The translations under genes were made by a program, and so were the position numbers. Shown piece by piece: positions 24,544 to 38,669 of a DNA stretch of 64,000 nucleotides (the first letter of the stretch is position 1; every line of letters starts with the position of its first letter). Source of the stretch: Haliotis rufescens (Eukaryota); the NCBI RefSeq assembly GCF_023055435.1, contig NW_025963813.1, forward strand, positions 27,528,001 to 27,592,000, in the 5' to 3' direction. The notes under the pieces were generated by a model. It did no database searches. It was not told where the DNA came from and saw only the letters and a program-made list of their open reading frames with translations.

Positions 24544-26176
24544 ACCTGTCCGGACTAATGCCAGTTTTTTAGAGCTAGCCCACTAAGAAATGCCACATTT
24601 TAACATGGATACCCCTATCATACACAATATATTGACTCCGATCCGAGAAGTCCTTGTTTTAGCCCCTTAATGCCGAGCGCCAGGCAGGGTAACAACAAGT
24701 ATAATCTTTTATCGTCTTTTGGTTTGACGCTTCTGGGGATCGAACTCCTGACCTTCTGTTCTCCGGGCACAGGGTCTACCCACTAGACCACGGAGGCGAT
24801 CACATCAAATTGGAGATTGGGTGGCCTGGGTCATCAGGCATAATTCGCTGTACAATTAATCATTTTATCAAGTTGCCCTAACGTCATATCAACTCTATCA
24901 AGACGTCAAAAGCATAGCTATTTTATTATACATGAAAGCATTCCTAATTTTGGGACATCATTAACATTGTAATTATGATCACCGTGGTACCTTGATCTGA
25001 GGTGATGTTTTTCCTCAATTTTCACGATCAAACTATCATCCATAAAAGCATGTGTGTTGATTTCCCCTCCCCCCAATCTCATCCGCGTGCTTCTCTCATA
25101 AAGAGGCCCTCGTCTCTTTACGTGCCGCCCGAAAGAAATTTGATTACTCTGAGCAAACAGCGGACTACTTTCCACTGCGGAATGTGATTGTTGGAAGTGG
25201 GTGTAAAGCGATGATGAAAAGGTTGTGTTAAAGCGCGTTGCACGGGGAAGCACAGCTCCGCTTAGCTCCTTCAAGAATTGACGTGTTCAGTTTATTTCAA
25301 TAGTGTGGTTTCAGAATAATCAGAATTCCATCTGTCGAATTAGGCTTACATCTCTTGTAGATACTTCCTCCGTAAACCATGTCAAAATACTCTAGACTGT
25401 AATGGTTTCTGTCTATCCTGTATCCAAATCTTCGGTTTAGAACGTCAACAAGATGTATTTGCTTTGTGTATTTCATATATTTACACTGTGTATTTTATGC
25501 TTTCTCTCAAAGAGTTGTTTCTACTTGGCGCCAAATTATTTTATTTGAAAGCGATTTGGCCGATACATTTGTTTTAATGGAGTGTGTAAACATTTGAAAC
25601 GTCATGCAATTCATTCATGTAATAGCTATAGCCGACCGATATATCTTAGCTGTAGCGCACATACATCCCGTGTAGAACAACATGACATAGTTATTACAGA
25701 TTTGGGTTCAACACCGCCATGTTTCAGTTATAGCTGTTGAACGTGACAAGAAAGACTAAAAATGAAACATGTGGAAGGCGCCATGTTCGTTAAACCCCCA
25801 GTCATGCGTTTGATGCCCACGAATCAAGGATCGTAATCGTTTCGAATCTAGGATTCGAACCCACGACCGATTGATTCTTGCCGTGGCATGAACCGTAATG
25901 TTCTTCCCCAGCGTTAGACCACTGGTCGCCGTAGACACGGGTTAGTGGCCTCAGTTAGTCCAGTAATAGTATGTCTTTGCTTGTTAAAAATGACAAGACT
26001 ATTAAAAAGTTTGTATTCTCTTAAGTCGGAACGCTGTCTTCGAAAATTAATTTTGCAGTTGCAACATGTATTAACTCATCGGTATGATCAATTGCCTTTA
26101 CACGTTCGTAAAAACTCATCTCGTTTCCCCGACCCGTGAAGATTCGGGGTAGAAAAGGTCTTCAGCAACCCATGCT

Positions 26177-28243
26177 TATGGTGGCCGAGAGGGGACATCG
26201 CTTTCTCGCTTTTTCGCTTTTTCGCTTTATCGCTCTATCGCTTTCTCACCCTGTCGCTTTCTCGCGATTTAGCAATATCCCCTCTTGGCCACTATAGGGG
26301 TCGCATGTGTTATGTGTTTCTATACGATAAAAAGTATATACGTAAAACAACATTAATGAATTGTTGAACCTGACCTCAGTGGGCGGAGGCTGAGGTGGGT
26401 TTTAATCATAAAAGAGAGCTGAGATGTTTCCAGTCACATTTAAATTATACATATGGATGGAATGTTGAAATTTTCTCACTATCTACTTAAACATAATATA
26501 ACAGTACAGACGTAGGTGCTTTTATAACAATCCAGGGATTGCTGCGTTAAAAAGGTATTTGATTGAATACTGCCCTATTTAGGAGTGTTTTTTTTACCCC
26601 CGCCCCCAGGCCTAGGTATCAAAACAAACACCAAATAACACCGCTTATTAGCACCGAGTAGAGTACTTCCCCCAAAACAAGAGTGTTTCCCTAAAAACAA
26701 CACTTAGGTCATGTTAATGTTTATTCTCGTAGCGGAGTAGATGTCATCAAACTGGAAGTCCTCACCCAAGCAATGGTAATACTACCGGATGTCCATATGT
26801 AATTTCTTGTGTTTGAATGACAAATTATTCTCAGTAAACCGTAATGTGGAAATAGATTGGTTTTATATTCAAGTTGGTATTTCCGCTATTCAAAGTGTGC
26901 AGTGAGACCGTCTTATCAGCAGTCATTTCTGAGGCATAAATGCAAAGTTTAATTAATTAAGTCTACTCTCATTTTTTTGCAGTTATAATTAACTCTAACG
27001 TAAATTTCAAGATTTACAGTACCTACTATTCAAAAGAAGTTAAAGAACACCCGATTCTTTCATATGACTATGGTTACTCATTTGAAAAAGCGATAGAGCG
27101 AGAAAGCGATTGACAAATAATTGTCCGTTTTATCAGCCACTATTTGTTGTTTGCAACGTCCAAAGAATTATTTTGTCGGTCATCAGATTTGGAGTTGAAG
27201 CCGAATGTGTGCTCGTCAGATTTCGGGATGACAGTTATATTGATAAAGATGCATGTAAATTATGCAGACAAATGTTATACATGTACACAGTTATGGTTCC
27301 CTCACTAAATACAGATCGATAAGATATATGTCTCTACCTTAAGTCACATATACGACTTTTGAGAGCGTCATTAACCCGTAACCACATTCCTTGGACAATA
27401 GAAATGAAATGCGTTGTAAATATTATTTTAAAACAACATGGGTCTTATAATTCCTTTCGATCAAAATGTCTTCGGGAATTACATGTTATGCTAAAGTGCT
27501 TGTAACTTTCCCGCTGGGGGAGACTAGATATCCGATTATAGTATAGGCTCAAGCAGGAATATACATATTTATGTAACAATTATTAACAACTGTGCGCTCT
27601 GATGTGAGTTATGGCGTTATCCACCACCTATGTTCGCAGACAATGAGTCAGACACACACACACATATATAATTTCGACAAAACTATACTTAAGATAAACA
27701 TCAAATCTTACAATGATAGCTGATTTAACATATGTTAAAGATAATCATAGTAACGTCCTTCATATCGTTATCAACGTTAACTATGTGGCCACACTAATTA
27801 CGATGTCTCTCCTTATGTGTAGTTTACACAAGTACACATACCAACTTTGATAACACCACAGCGACGGAGGCAGTGGGATAGCTCAGTGGTTAAAGCGTTC
27901 GCTCGTCAAGCCGAAGACCCAGTTCAAATCCCCACATGGGTACAATGTGTGAAACCCATTTCTGGTGTTCCCCGCCGTGGTATTGCTGGATTATTGTTAA
28001 AAAGCGACGTAAAAGCATTCTCACTCACTCACAGCGGTGTTTATCAAATTACTATATGCAAGTACATATACTTTGCATAAGACAAGAGACACAATTCAAA
28101 TTGATCATACATCAAATGTGAAAAAGAATATTTACGGACAACAGTATGACACACTGTAGCATCATATACTACCGAGAACACCCGCAATTACAAGATTGTA
28201 TTTTGCAATACAATCAGCCATGATTTCGGCGATGTCCCCCATC
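26177..28243. mobile_element. Same IS3EU-like element in U2, right TIR truncated
   Basis: Same truncation junction as U1. Confidence 0.8.
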
Positions 28244-29893
28244 TTATTCACTATTGATATATACATGATTTTGTACAATTGAACGTATTTTCTATTGATC
28301 TGTATGAGGTGTTGTACAATTGAACCTATTTACTATTAATCTTTACGTATTTTCTATTGATCTGTATGGAGTGTTGTAATGTTAAAGGTATTTAATCAAC
28401 CATCTGTTTCTCACTGTAGTGGACAGCATCAAACACACAGCGATGAATTAGGATTCCTTACACTACACAGAGATCATTTATGTATTTACTTATTTACAAT
28501 ATTCAAAATATCTGCCTGCCACATAAGATATAATAAGTACCTACCTTGCCAGTGAAGCCGATCTGGAATATATGTGACGTGACTGTTTCAGCAGCTTGTA
28601 CATCCAGGAGAATATGACTCATAAGATTTACAAACTGTCATTTCCTTCATCGTTCGAAATAAAAGCATATCTTATTGCGCGGTAAACATGTCACCGACCC
28701 CCTTCTTTTGCACCTCTCGCGCGTTCAAAGTGACTGACGCTCCGTCATGCGTACCCAGAACCAGTCGCGAAGATACGCAGTCGCTGCCGCTACAAGGGGG
28801 TTTATCAGTGTTCGTTGTGTTTGTTTGGTGGAGTTGTATAGGATGGAACACTGGGTTATACTGTTATATATGAACGCCTTTGTGTGGTATTCAAAACGAC
28901 GAATAATATATTACATTTTATGTGATATTGTGAATGGAAAGCGTTGTATATTCTGTGGATGTTTAATCTACCCAGTCAGTCCCTCCTCCGCACCCCGCTA
29001 GTCCACTCCATCAACTGCCATGTCCCTGCCCCCGCCCCCCCCCCCCCCCCCTCCTCCCCTTCCCTCCATCACCAACAGGTGGCCCGTGACTCATATTATG
29101 CATGTCAAATATTTGTTTTGTGCCTTTCAAATGGTAAGTTTTGAATATGAGAAAGGTACTTTTAAAGTAATTGCAATTAATTCATCAACCATGTGCGTTC
29201 GTGAATACAGTGATTCATCAATAAACCAGATAACTTCAGATTAACGAATACAAGCTACCAAGTAAACAGGTCAGATACAGAGACTCCAAATTAAATATGT
29301 TAAAAGCGAAACATTCTAATGGCTGTATTACTTCATTAATACACTGGTTAATATTTGAGGTTTATTCGTGAAGTTTGCTTTGATCGAACAAAGTCTTTCC
29401 CAAGCTCACTAAATCATCCTTTGTGCAAACAACATATGCACATACGCTATCCTCCGTTGTTTCTAGAACGTGCATCTCTCCTTTGTCTGCTCTGTCTCCA
29501 TCCCTCGTTCAGACTAACTTTCTCTCCTCCCGAGGACATGGTTGGTCCTGTGGTCTGGAGCACTGAACGTTGCATCACACTTTCATATACATATACACAT
29601 GGCTATTGTTGTTAATGTTAATGCCAAATTGAATGGTGAATGTTGGCCTTGGGAGGCCCAACGGTCCATCGTCGTGTTAGTTCTCTCTCTCTATCTCCCC
29701 CTCTCCTTCTCTCTTTCTCCACTCTATCTCCCCCTCTCTCTCTATCGCCCTCTCTCTCGCTCTTCCCATTCCCTAACTCCCTTCTCTCTCTCTCCTCTCA
29801 CTCTCACTCGCTATTTCAATTATCTATCTCCCTTCTCTCTCTTTCTCTCTCTCTCTCACCACTCGCCCTCTTTCGCTCTCCATCCTCTATCTC

Positions 29894-29934
<41 letters not shown>

Positions 29935-30278
29935 GACTTCTCGGTTAGGAGCATTTAAAACGAACTATATAAAACAATCAGTCAATTAACATTGCAAAAC
30001 AATAATATATTTTAGTTTGAGCTCATCAAAGTTAGTCAAATAAGATAATATCTGAGGAATCAAACATATTCTGAATAATCTCCTAACCTAATAACTGACT
30101 TAACTGACCTTATAACTGAAGACGTTATCATTTCGTACGTATGCAGACATGTGCCCTACGTTTTTGTTCGGCACAAGACAATCCTATATCGTGACAAGGT
30201 ATATAAGATGGTCTTGTTTGACTGTAACCTTAAACCTGTCACACAATTAAATCGTCCAACGACAGAAAAGACGCAAAC

Positions 30279-31798
30279 ATGGAGCTTGGAATATATGTCG
30301 TCTGCTTCATCTCCTGCGTCAGCGCCCGGATGAACGTCTTGTCCCTGGTCGCCGATGACCTGCGTCCAGAGCTGCCCATGTACAATGGCCGCTACCGTCC
30401 ATCTCAAGTCCATCCACCAATTCACGCCCCGAATCTAGCAGGCCTCGCCAGTAAAAGCATGGTCTTCAAGAGGGCATATACCCAGCAGGCTCTATGCTCC
30501 CCGAGCCGCACCTCCCTGCTGACTGGGCGCCGTCCTGACACCACCCACGTGTATGACTCTAACACCTACTTTAGAGACGCTGCCGGTAACTTCACGACCA
30601 TTCCCCAGTTCTTCAAGAACCACGGCTACCACAGCATTGGAGCTGGTAAATATTCCACCCGGGCAAGGCTTCAGGAGGAAATGATCCTGCCTCGTGGTCT
30701 GAGACATATTATGATGACTCTTAACCCAGTAATTACGGGTCAAGTTGGGAAGCAGTACCGGATAATCTTTTGGACAGCCACAATGCCCTGCAGGACACGA
30801 TGCTAGCCGACCACGCAGTGCAAGTCATTAAGGACATCACCCAAAAGGCAAAGAATGGCGAGAATTTCTTCCTGGCAGTTGGGTTCCACAAGCCCCATTT
30901 GCCGTTCCAATTCCCAGCTCGATTTCTGGATTATTACTCAGAAGACTCAATCCATCTTCCACCCAACCCACAAGCTCCTGACGGCATGCCTGATATTGCC
31001 TGGAGATCATATAATGAACTTAGGGGCTACGCTGACATAGCCCGACTGAATGCATCCGGCAACCCAAACACGACCTTGCCTGACCAGGTGGTTAAACAAC
31101 TGCGCAGAGCCTACTACAGCGCTGTTAGCTTCATGGACTTTGAACTCGGGAGGGTTCTAGATGAACTGGAGAATCAGGGTCTAGCTGACAACACGATAGT
31201 GTCATTTTTTGGCGATCATGGCTGGCAGTTGGGAGAACACGGGGAATGGTGCAAACAGACCAATTTTGACATCGCCACCCACTCGCCTCTTATGATCCGC
31301 GTCCCAGGGATGACGGACCATGGGATGAGCACAACAAAGCTGACAGAGTTTGTAGACCTGTTCCCAACTCTAGTAGAAGCAGCAGGTCTTCCCACACTGC
31401 CTACGTGTCAAGTGGACTCATCCTCAACTCAAGACTGCACAGAAGGAAGGAGTCTAGTTCCTCTGCTGCAGCACCCAAATCTGCCCTCGTGGAAAACCGC
31501 AGCCTTCTCGCAGTACCCACGAGTGTATAACAACACGTCAGCCATGGGCTACACGATCACCACGGCCAGGTATCGCTACACTGAATGGGTGACGTTCCTC
31601 AGCAAGCCCCACTACATGCCTCAGTGGGACCAGCTTCATGGAGTGGAGCTGTACGACCATCTGGCTGATCCTGAGGAGAATCACAACCTCGCGCTCAATG
31701 CTGCCCAACAAGGACTTCGCAGCCGGTTGAGGGGGCAACTACGTGCTGGATGGAGAGCCGAGATGACGGGTGGTCATGGCAGACCCACCATAGGTTGA
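30279..31798 (+). pseudogene. IDS: IDS-like sulfatase paralog A, copy 2; 1-bp deletion frameshift plus Q149*
   Basis: ggtaaatattcc (A-run at 30648-30650) versus ggtaaaatattcc in the other copies. TAA at 30722-30724. NVLFL is changed to NVLSL. Confidence 0.93.
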
Positions 31799-31927
31799 AC
31801 GGTATTGTATTAAATCTGTTCATTTGAGAAATCACTTATTTTTGACATCACTGACATCGAAAATGTAATTTCGAGCATGGTTATTACAAAACTATCTGAA
31901 TCTCGAATCTCGAATCAGCGTGTGTGC

Positions 31928-31962
<35 letters not shown>

Positions 31963-31998
31963 TTTGTGTGTGTGTGTGTGAGTGCTTTTGTGAGTGCT

Positions 31999-32170
31999 NN
32001 NNNNNNNNNNNNNNNNNNNNNNNNNNNNNNNNNNNNNNNNNNNNNNNNNNNNNNNNNNNNNNNNNNNNNNNNNNNNNNNNNNNNNNNNNNNNNNNNNNNN
32101 NNNNNNNNNNNNNNNNNNNNNNNNNNNNNNNNNNNNNNNNNNNNNNNNNNNNNNNNNNNNNNNNNNNNNN
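31999..32170. other. Assembly gap (N run) inside the U2 (TG)n tract
   Basis: Ns. Confidence 1.
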
Positions 32171-32766
32171 AAAACGTTATAATGTGTCTGAATGGGATAT
32201 CCATGTTAAACTGTGGCATGGTGTCTCAGTGGGCAAGCGCTATAAAACCTGCATAAGTCCAGACTGGTTCAAGTAGCAACAGACACGTGCATGCACGTCC
32301 CTATGTTAGTGTAACACTATTGAACACGACGTTTAACACCACACCTCATTTATTACTGCCAGCACCATACCTGTGCTCGTGGATTTCACTCAAGTTATGG
32401 GGCAGACGGGTAGCCTAGTGGTTAAAGCATTCGCTCGTCACGTCCGGGGCCCGGGTTCGATTCCTGACACAGGTACAATGTGTCAACCCCATTTCTGGTG
32501 TACCCCGCCGTGGTAGGCTGGAATATTGCTAAAAGCGCGGAAAATCCAACTGACTCACTCACTCAATCAATCAAGTGTTACACGACAAAGACTTGCATCA
32601 TTTCGGGTCTCCCACATCAAACTGTCACATCATGATGTAACTGAACTACTGTTCAAACGCCATCAATCCAAACTCACTCACTCACTTCTTTCAGTGGCAT
32701 CACTCACTCACTCACGCATGTCCTTCTACTACTAATATAGAAAAACTGTGAAACCAGTTTCAGTTA

Positions 32767-32772
32767 TTTATT
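32767..32772 (-). terminator. Candidate polyadenylation signal (AATAAA) of paralog B (also 20276-20281 and equivalents)
   Basis: tttatt on + strand, about 10 nt past the B stop codon. Confidence 0.55.
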
Positions 32773-32781
32773 ACTCGAAAG

Positions 32782-34326
32782 TTACCCAATAATAGACGGT
32801 ACATGTTGAGTTGTCAACTCATGCCTCCATCCTGCGTGAAGACGATGGCTGAGCTTGACCACCAGGTCTTTGTGGGCAGGGTCATGAACCAAGTTGATGT
32901 TCTCTTGTGGATCCTGATAATGGTCGTACAGCTCCGCACCAGAAGACACTGACCACTTGGGTTTGTAATGAGTAGCATCAAATCCGACCCACTCGGTATA
33001 GCGATAACGACCGGTCGTCATCGAGTAACCCATCAGCTTGTGGCGACCATGGGAGTGTCTTGGATATTGGGAAAAGGCAGCCTTCTTCCAATTATCAGTT
33101 TTGGGCTGCTCGATCAAAGGGAGGAAGCTCTGTCCTTCTGTGCACACGTCCACCTTGGAGGAATCTTCAGGACAGACGTGAAGAGACGGCAGACCAGCTG
33201 CCTCAACCAGTGTAGGGAACAGGTCCACAAACTCCACAAGCTCTTCTGTCGGTATTCCTTGGTCGGTGAGTCCGGGAATATGTATCATCATAGGGGCATG
33301 GGTAGCTATGTCGAAGTTGGTGTGTTTGGTCCACAACCCGTGTTCACCTAACTGCCATCCATGGTCCCCAAAGAAGGATATGATTGTGTCATTTGCCAGG
33401 CCTTGGTGTTCCAGTTCTGCTAGGACCCTTCCCAGTTCCTCATCAATGTAGGAGATGCAGCTGTAGTAGGCTCGTCTCAGGTTCTTTACTACATTGGCTG
33501 GCAGGGTTGTATTGGGCGCCCCTGTTGCATTCAGAGCAGCAATGTCTTTGTAATACCGCAGCTCTGGGTACGTGATCCAAGCGAGAGAGGGCATGTCCAG
33601 AGGGGCGTACTGATTGGGAGGTACGTGAATGGATTGATCTGGGTAGTAGCTTAGAAACGTCTCCGGGAAGACAAATGGAAGATGTGGCTTGTGATAACCA
33701 ACTGCTAAAAAGAAGGGTTCCTGTCCAGATCGAGCTTTCGGTGCAATGGACTTCAACTTCTGAATTGCCATGTCTGTAGTGACGGTGTCTTGGAGGGAAT
33801 TGCTGTTTAAGAGAGACGTTGGTACCGCGCGCCATGAATTCCCATCATCCGCAAAGCTATTCACCTTTGGTCTGGTTTCATAGCATGGCTCCGACCATGA
33901 CACTGGATCATTATCTCCCGATGCGTCTCCGTGATGGAAGATCTTCCCAAAGCCTAGGGTATTGTAGCCATGTCTTTTGAAGTACTCGGGTAAGGTTGTG
34001 AAGTTGCCAGCAGCCTTCCTCCAGTAGGTGTGAAGGTCGTACACGTGGGTGGTGTCAGGACGGCGCCCAGTGAGGAGGGAGGTGCGGCTGGGAGAACACA
34101 CTGACTGCTGGACGTAAGCACGACGGAGGAGAAGGCTCTTCCCTGCCAGAGAGTTCAAGTTTGGGGCGTGGACCTTCTCTCTGACGGGGGAGGGAGAGTC
34201 TCTTCCTTGATATACATCCAGATCTGGTCTCATGTCATCTGCCACAAGAAATAATACATTTTTCCTTTTGCAATGGACGTGTGTACTTACTAGAATCAGC
34301 ACAACCGTCAAGCGGTGCCACAACAT
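32782..34326 (-). CDS. IDS: Iduronate-2-sulfatase-like protein (family S1_7), paralog B copy 2; intact, single exon, 514 aa
   Basis: Signal peptide, NVLFLVADD, formylglycine motif CSPSRTSLLTGRRPDTT, AGNFTTLPEYFK, GKIFH, VGYHKPHLPF, GDHGWQLGEH, EFVDLFPTL, SQYPR and ELYD all match the IDS family. N-glycosylation sequons NFT, NAT, NTT, NDT. Confidence 0.95.
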   Translation of the reverse strand: MLWHRLTVVLILVSTHVHCKRKNVLFLVADDMRPDLDVYQGRDSPSPVREKVHAPNLNSLAGKSLLLRRAYVQQSVCSPSRTSLLTGRRPDTTHVYDLHTYWRKAAGNFTTLPEYFKRHGYNTLGFGKIFHHGDASGDNDPVSWSEPCYETRPKVNSFADDGNSWRAVPTSLLNSNSLQDTVTTDMAIQKLKSIAPKARSGQEPFFLAVGYHKPHLPFVFPETFLSYYPDQSIHVPPNQYAPLDMPSLAWITYPELRYYKDIAALNATGAPNTTLPANVVKNLRRAYYSCISYIDEELGRVLAELEHQGLANDTIISFFGDHGWQLGEHGLWTKHTNFDIATHAPMMIHIPGLTDQGIPTEELVEFVDLFPTLVEAAGLPSLHVCPEDSSKVDVCTEGQSFLPLIEQPKTDNWKKAAFSQYPRHSHGRHKLMGYSMTTGRYRYTEWVGFDATHYKPKWSVSSGAELYDHYQDPQENINLVHDPAHKDLVVKLSHRLHAGWRHELTTQHVPSIIG

Positions 34327-36280
34327 GGCTGCCTTTTTTGGTGAATGTTTTTCACTATCACAGACGTGGTGGACTGGGAAGGAGATAAGACATACAGCTG
34401 TACTATGTCACCATGTCAACCTAGTTTCTTGCAGCCTTGGAACCATTATCTATAGTATATATAGATTCAATAATTCTACAATTAAGCGTCAATGTTATGT
34501 TTTGAATAAAATAACAGGTCCTGTTTTTCTTTCAAGCTGAAGAAAGATAACTATTTTGCAAACCAGGAAAGAGGTGTATCAGCGATTTTTATGATTGGGC
34601 GTTTTATTGCACATTGTTTCATATATTTGACTGTCTGTTTGTTGTATCTTCAAGAATACGAAGTCAAACTTCGTACTTTAGCCATGCAGTGTTACTTTGG
34701 AATTGCAGGAATGCCTAGTCTATCTGTTATGTGAGATACACGAACTTCCTACCCGTGAAGATCCGGGGTAGAATAGGTCTTCAGCAACTCATGCTTGTCG
34801 TAAGAGGCGACTAACGGGATCGGGTGGTCAGGCTCGCTAACTTGGTTGATGCATGTCATCTATCCCAATTGTGGGGATCGATGCACATGATTTCAATCAC
34901 TTGATTGTCTGGTCCTGACTCGATTAGTTACAGACCACCGTCATATAGCTTGAATATTGCTGAGTGCAGCGTTAAACAACAAATAAACAAAACCAAATCC
35001 AAATACACGTTTAAAACATCGTAAATATTTTACAATATTTGCATATTAGATATCAGTAAACAGAGATTATATATGACACAATAGATTTACTCCGTCTAAA
35101 CATCATAGATAGAGGAGCAGCCAGGAATTTTACAATGTCATTAAGAAGTTCAACTGTTAAATTTAACAATTCTTCTTTTAAAACATTTTTCCTGACTTAA
35201 AAGTAAATGTAAGAACACAATCGCGCGCAAAACAATGTATAATTCTGGTCCACTTCCATATGACTACATAGTATACAATAAGCTTTCGGATCCCGTATGG
35301 ATCGGTTTGGGTGGCAGCCTAGATATCCATAGAATTGACACTTGTCTGTCTCTAAACAGATCATTTTCCCTTTCGCTCAGCCCTTTCTATGACACAAAGG
35401 CCCTATATGAAGCAAGTTAGATTTTCCCCAGGTTCATCTCTGATTCTCAAATCTCACTGGGGCTCCTCTTCAATTTGAATGGAGTTATTTGGAGTTATAT
35501 GGAGTTGTATATTTTTAGAGACTAAGCATCAGTCTAAAAAGGCATCACCAGTTTGGAATTGGACATTAATTTGTTTACAATAGCAAAACATTGTCGCCTA
35601 CATTATAACATTAAGAATATCACTGTTTTAAAGTGTCATGTGCAAATGAGAAAGTAGACGAACCTTAAAATTATAAATAAACATAGTTTCCTTAATTCCA
35701 AGCAATATCGAAAAAATATATATGCATATAAATACACACCAAGATCAGCGTCTACAAAACATAAATGATTTAGGTTGATATTAGTTTGTGTATTTGACGA
35801 TTATATAACTTGTTAAAGTATTAATCGTTTTCCAATACCCGATCAAGTACGTGCCATGAATTTAAGCGACATTGAACGATTTCGACCTTATCATGAGAAT
35901 GTGTTTATGTATCACTGTCAAATAGTGGTGTCACTAAATCCAAAGAAACAGTTCGCAATTTGGACAAGGCATTAAATAATACGCAGAACGATTGAATTCA
36001 GCACTTCCGCTAAGTGCTACGAGTACAGCGTCAAACTCGGGCCTGTAATCTAACACGCGAGAACTGACCAATGAAAATCTTAGAAGTAGAAATACCGATA
36101 GAAGCTGTTGCTTGATTGACAATGTCAATGTCAATCAAGAGAAGGGGGAGCTTGATGATATCGCTCTCTCTGTCTCTCTCTCAGTAACTTCCGATGTAAA
36201 TATCGCCGTCATTTGGACGGAAAAAACGATGGTTTGAAAGCGTTCAAAAACGTCGTTTTCCCGTCCAGTGACCATATACG

Positions 36281-36898
36281 AAAAAACGACGTTTTCGTGT
36301 TTGCAGTGTTATCGTCGTCGAAATGAGCGTTATACCCCACACTGTGTAAGTGAATTCGACAATTTCGGTGGCGGCAGTGTCATGGTGTGGGGGACCATAC
36401 CCTACACCACGAGGTCTGACTTGGTTGTGGTTTCAGGGAAATTTGACAGCAAATCGCTACATGAATCGCAACATAAAATTCTTCAAGCTCACCTTTTACC
36501 AATAATTGACCGCCAGAGGTAGCTGTTTCAACAGGACAACACTCCACCGCACACAGCTCGTGTCACGGTAGACTACCTTCACAATGCCAACATCAACGAC
36601 TTGCCCTGGCAGTCGAGATCTCCAGATCTCAACCCAATCGAACAGCTCTGGGATGAACTCGATCGACGTGTACGTCAACGTCAGAACAGAGCAGTCACAA
36701 GATATACGCGCAACTTTGTGGCCTAATATGACATGACAATGAACAGGTTTCAATGCCTTTGCACAACGACAACATGTGACTATCGAGCTCCAAAATGTCA
36801 TATTGGTATCTATGATATAAAATTAAATATATCGACTTTATTAGGCAAAATAAATTTACTAAAAATCGACCTGTGCCTGTCTTTTTTAGAAGAGTGTA
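36281..36898 (+). mobile_element. Tc1 remnant, U3 copy, same deletion
   Basis: Near-identical to the U2 copy. Confidence 0.88.
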
Positions 36899-38669
36899 TG
36901 TATATTTTCATTTAGAAATGCTGACACCAAATTGGAGGTGAGGTGAAATTGGGTTTTAGGTCGCGTTCAAGGTTATTGCACAGTACTAGTACATAGTGAC
37001 GTGCGTGCGCGTGTGTGTGTGTGTGTGTGTGTGCACCTGTCCGGACTAATGCCAGTTTTTTAGAGCTAGCCCACTAAGAAATGCCACATTTTAACATGGA
37101 TACCCCTATCATACACAATATATTGACTCCGATCCGAGAAGTCCTTGTTTTAGCCCCTTAATGCCGAGCGCCAGGCAGGGTAACAACAAGTATAATCTTT
37201 TATCGTCTTTTGGTTTGACGCTTCTGGGGATCGAACTCCTGACCTTCTGTTCTCCGGGCACAGGGTCTACCCACTAGACCACGGAGGCGATCACATCAAA
37301 TTGGAGATTGGGTGGCCTGGGTCATCAGGCATAATTCGCTGTACAATTAATCATTTTATCAAGTTGCCCTAACGTCATATCAACTCTATCAAGACGTCAA
37401 AAGCATAGCTATTTTATTATACATGAAAGCATTCCTAATTTTGGGACATCATTAACATTGTAATTATGATCACCGTGGTACCTTGATCTGAGGTGATGTT
37501 TTTCCTCAATTTTCACGATCAAACTATCATCCATAAAAGCATGTGTGTTGATTTCCCCTCCCCCCAATCTCATCCGCGTGCTTCTCTCATAAAGTGGCCC
37601 TCGTCTCTTTACGTGCCGCCCGAAAGAAATTTGATTACTCTGAGCAAACAGCGGACTACTTTCCACTGCGGAATGTGATTGTTGGAAGTGGGTGTAAAGC
37701 GATGATGAAAAGGTTGTGTTAAAGCGCGTTGCACGGGGAAGCACAGCTCCGCTTAGCTCCTTCAAGAATTGACGTGTTCAGTTTATTTCAATAGTGTGGT
37801 TTCAGAATAATCAGAATTCCATCTGTCGAATTCGGCTTACATCTCTTGTAGATACTTCCTCCGTAAACCATGTCAAAATACTCTAGACTGTAATGGTTTC
37901 TGTCTATCCTGTATCAAAATCTTCGGTTTAGAACGTCAACAAGATGTATTTGCTTTGTGTATTTCATATATTTACACTGTGTATTTTATGCTTTCTCTCA
38001 AAGAGTTGTTTCTACTTGGCGCCAAATTAATTTTATTTGAAAGCGATTTGGCCGATACATTTGTTTTAATGGAGTGTGTAAACTTTTGAAACGTCATGCA
38101 ATTCATTCATTTAATAGCTATAGCCGACCGATATATCTTAGCTGTAGCGCACATACATCCCGTGTAGAACAACATGACATAGTTTATTACAGATTTGGGT
38201 TCAACACCGCCATGTTTCAGTTATAGCTGTTGAACGTGACAAGAAAGACTAAAAATGAAACATGTGGAAGGCGCCATCTTCGTTAAACCCCCAGTCATGC
38301 GTTTGATGCCCACGAATCAAGGATCGTAATCGTTTCGAATCTAGGATTCGAACCCACGACCGATTGATTCTTGCCGTGGCATGAACCGTAATGTTCTTCC
38401 CCAGCGTTAGACCACTGGTCGCCGTAGACACGGGTTAGTGGCCTCAGTTAGTCCAGTAAAAGTATGTCTTTGCTTGTTAAAAATGACAAGACTATTAAAA
38501 AGTTTGTATTCTCTTAAGTTGGAACGCTGTCTTCGAAAATTAATTTTGCAGTTGCAACATGTATTAACTCATCGGTATGATCAATTGCCTTTACACGTTC
38601 GTAAAAACTCATCTCGTTTCCCCGACCCGTGAAGGTTTGGGGTAGAAAAGGTCTTCAGCAACCCATGCT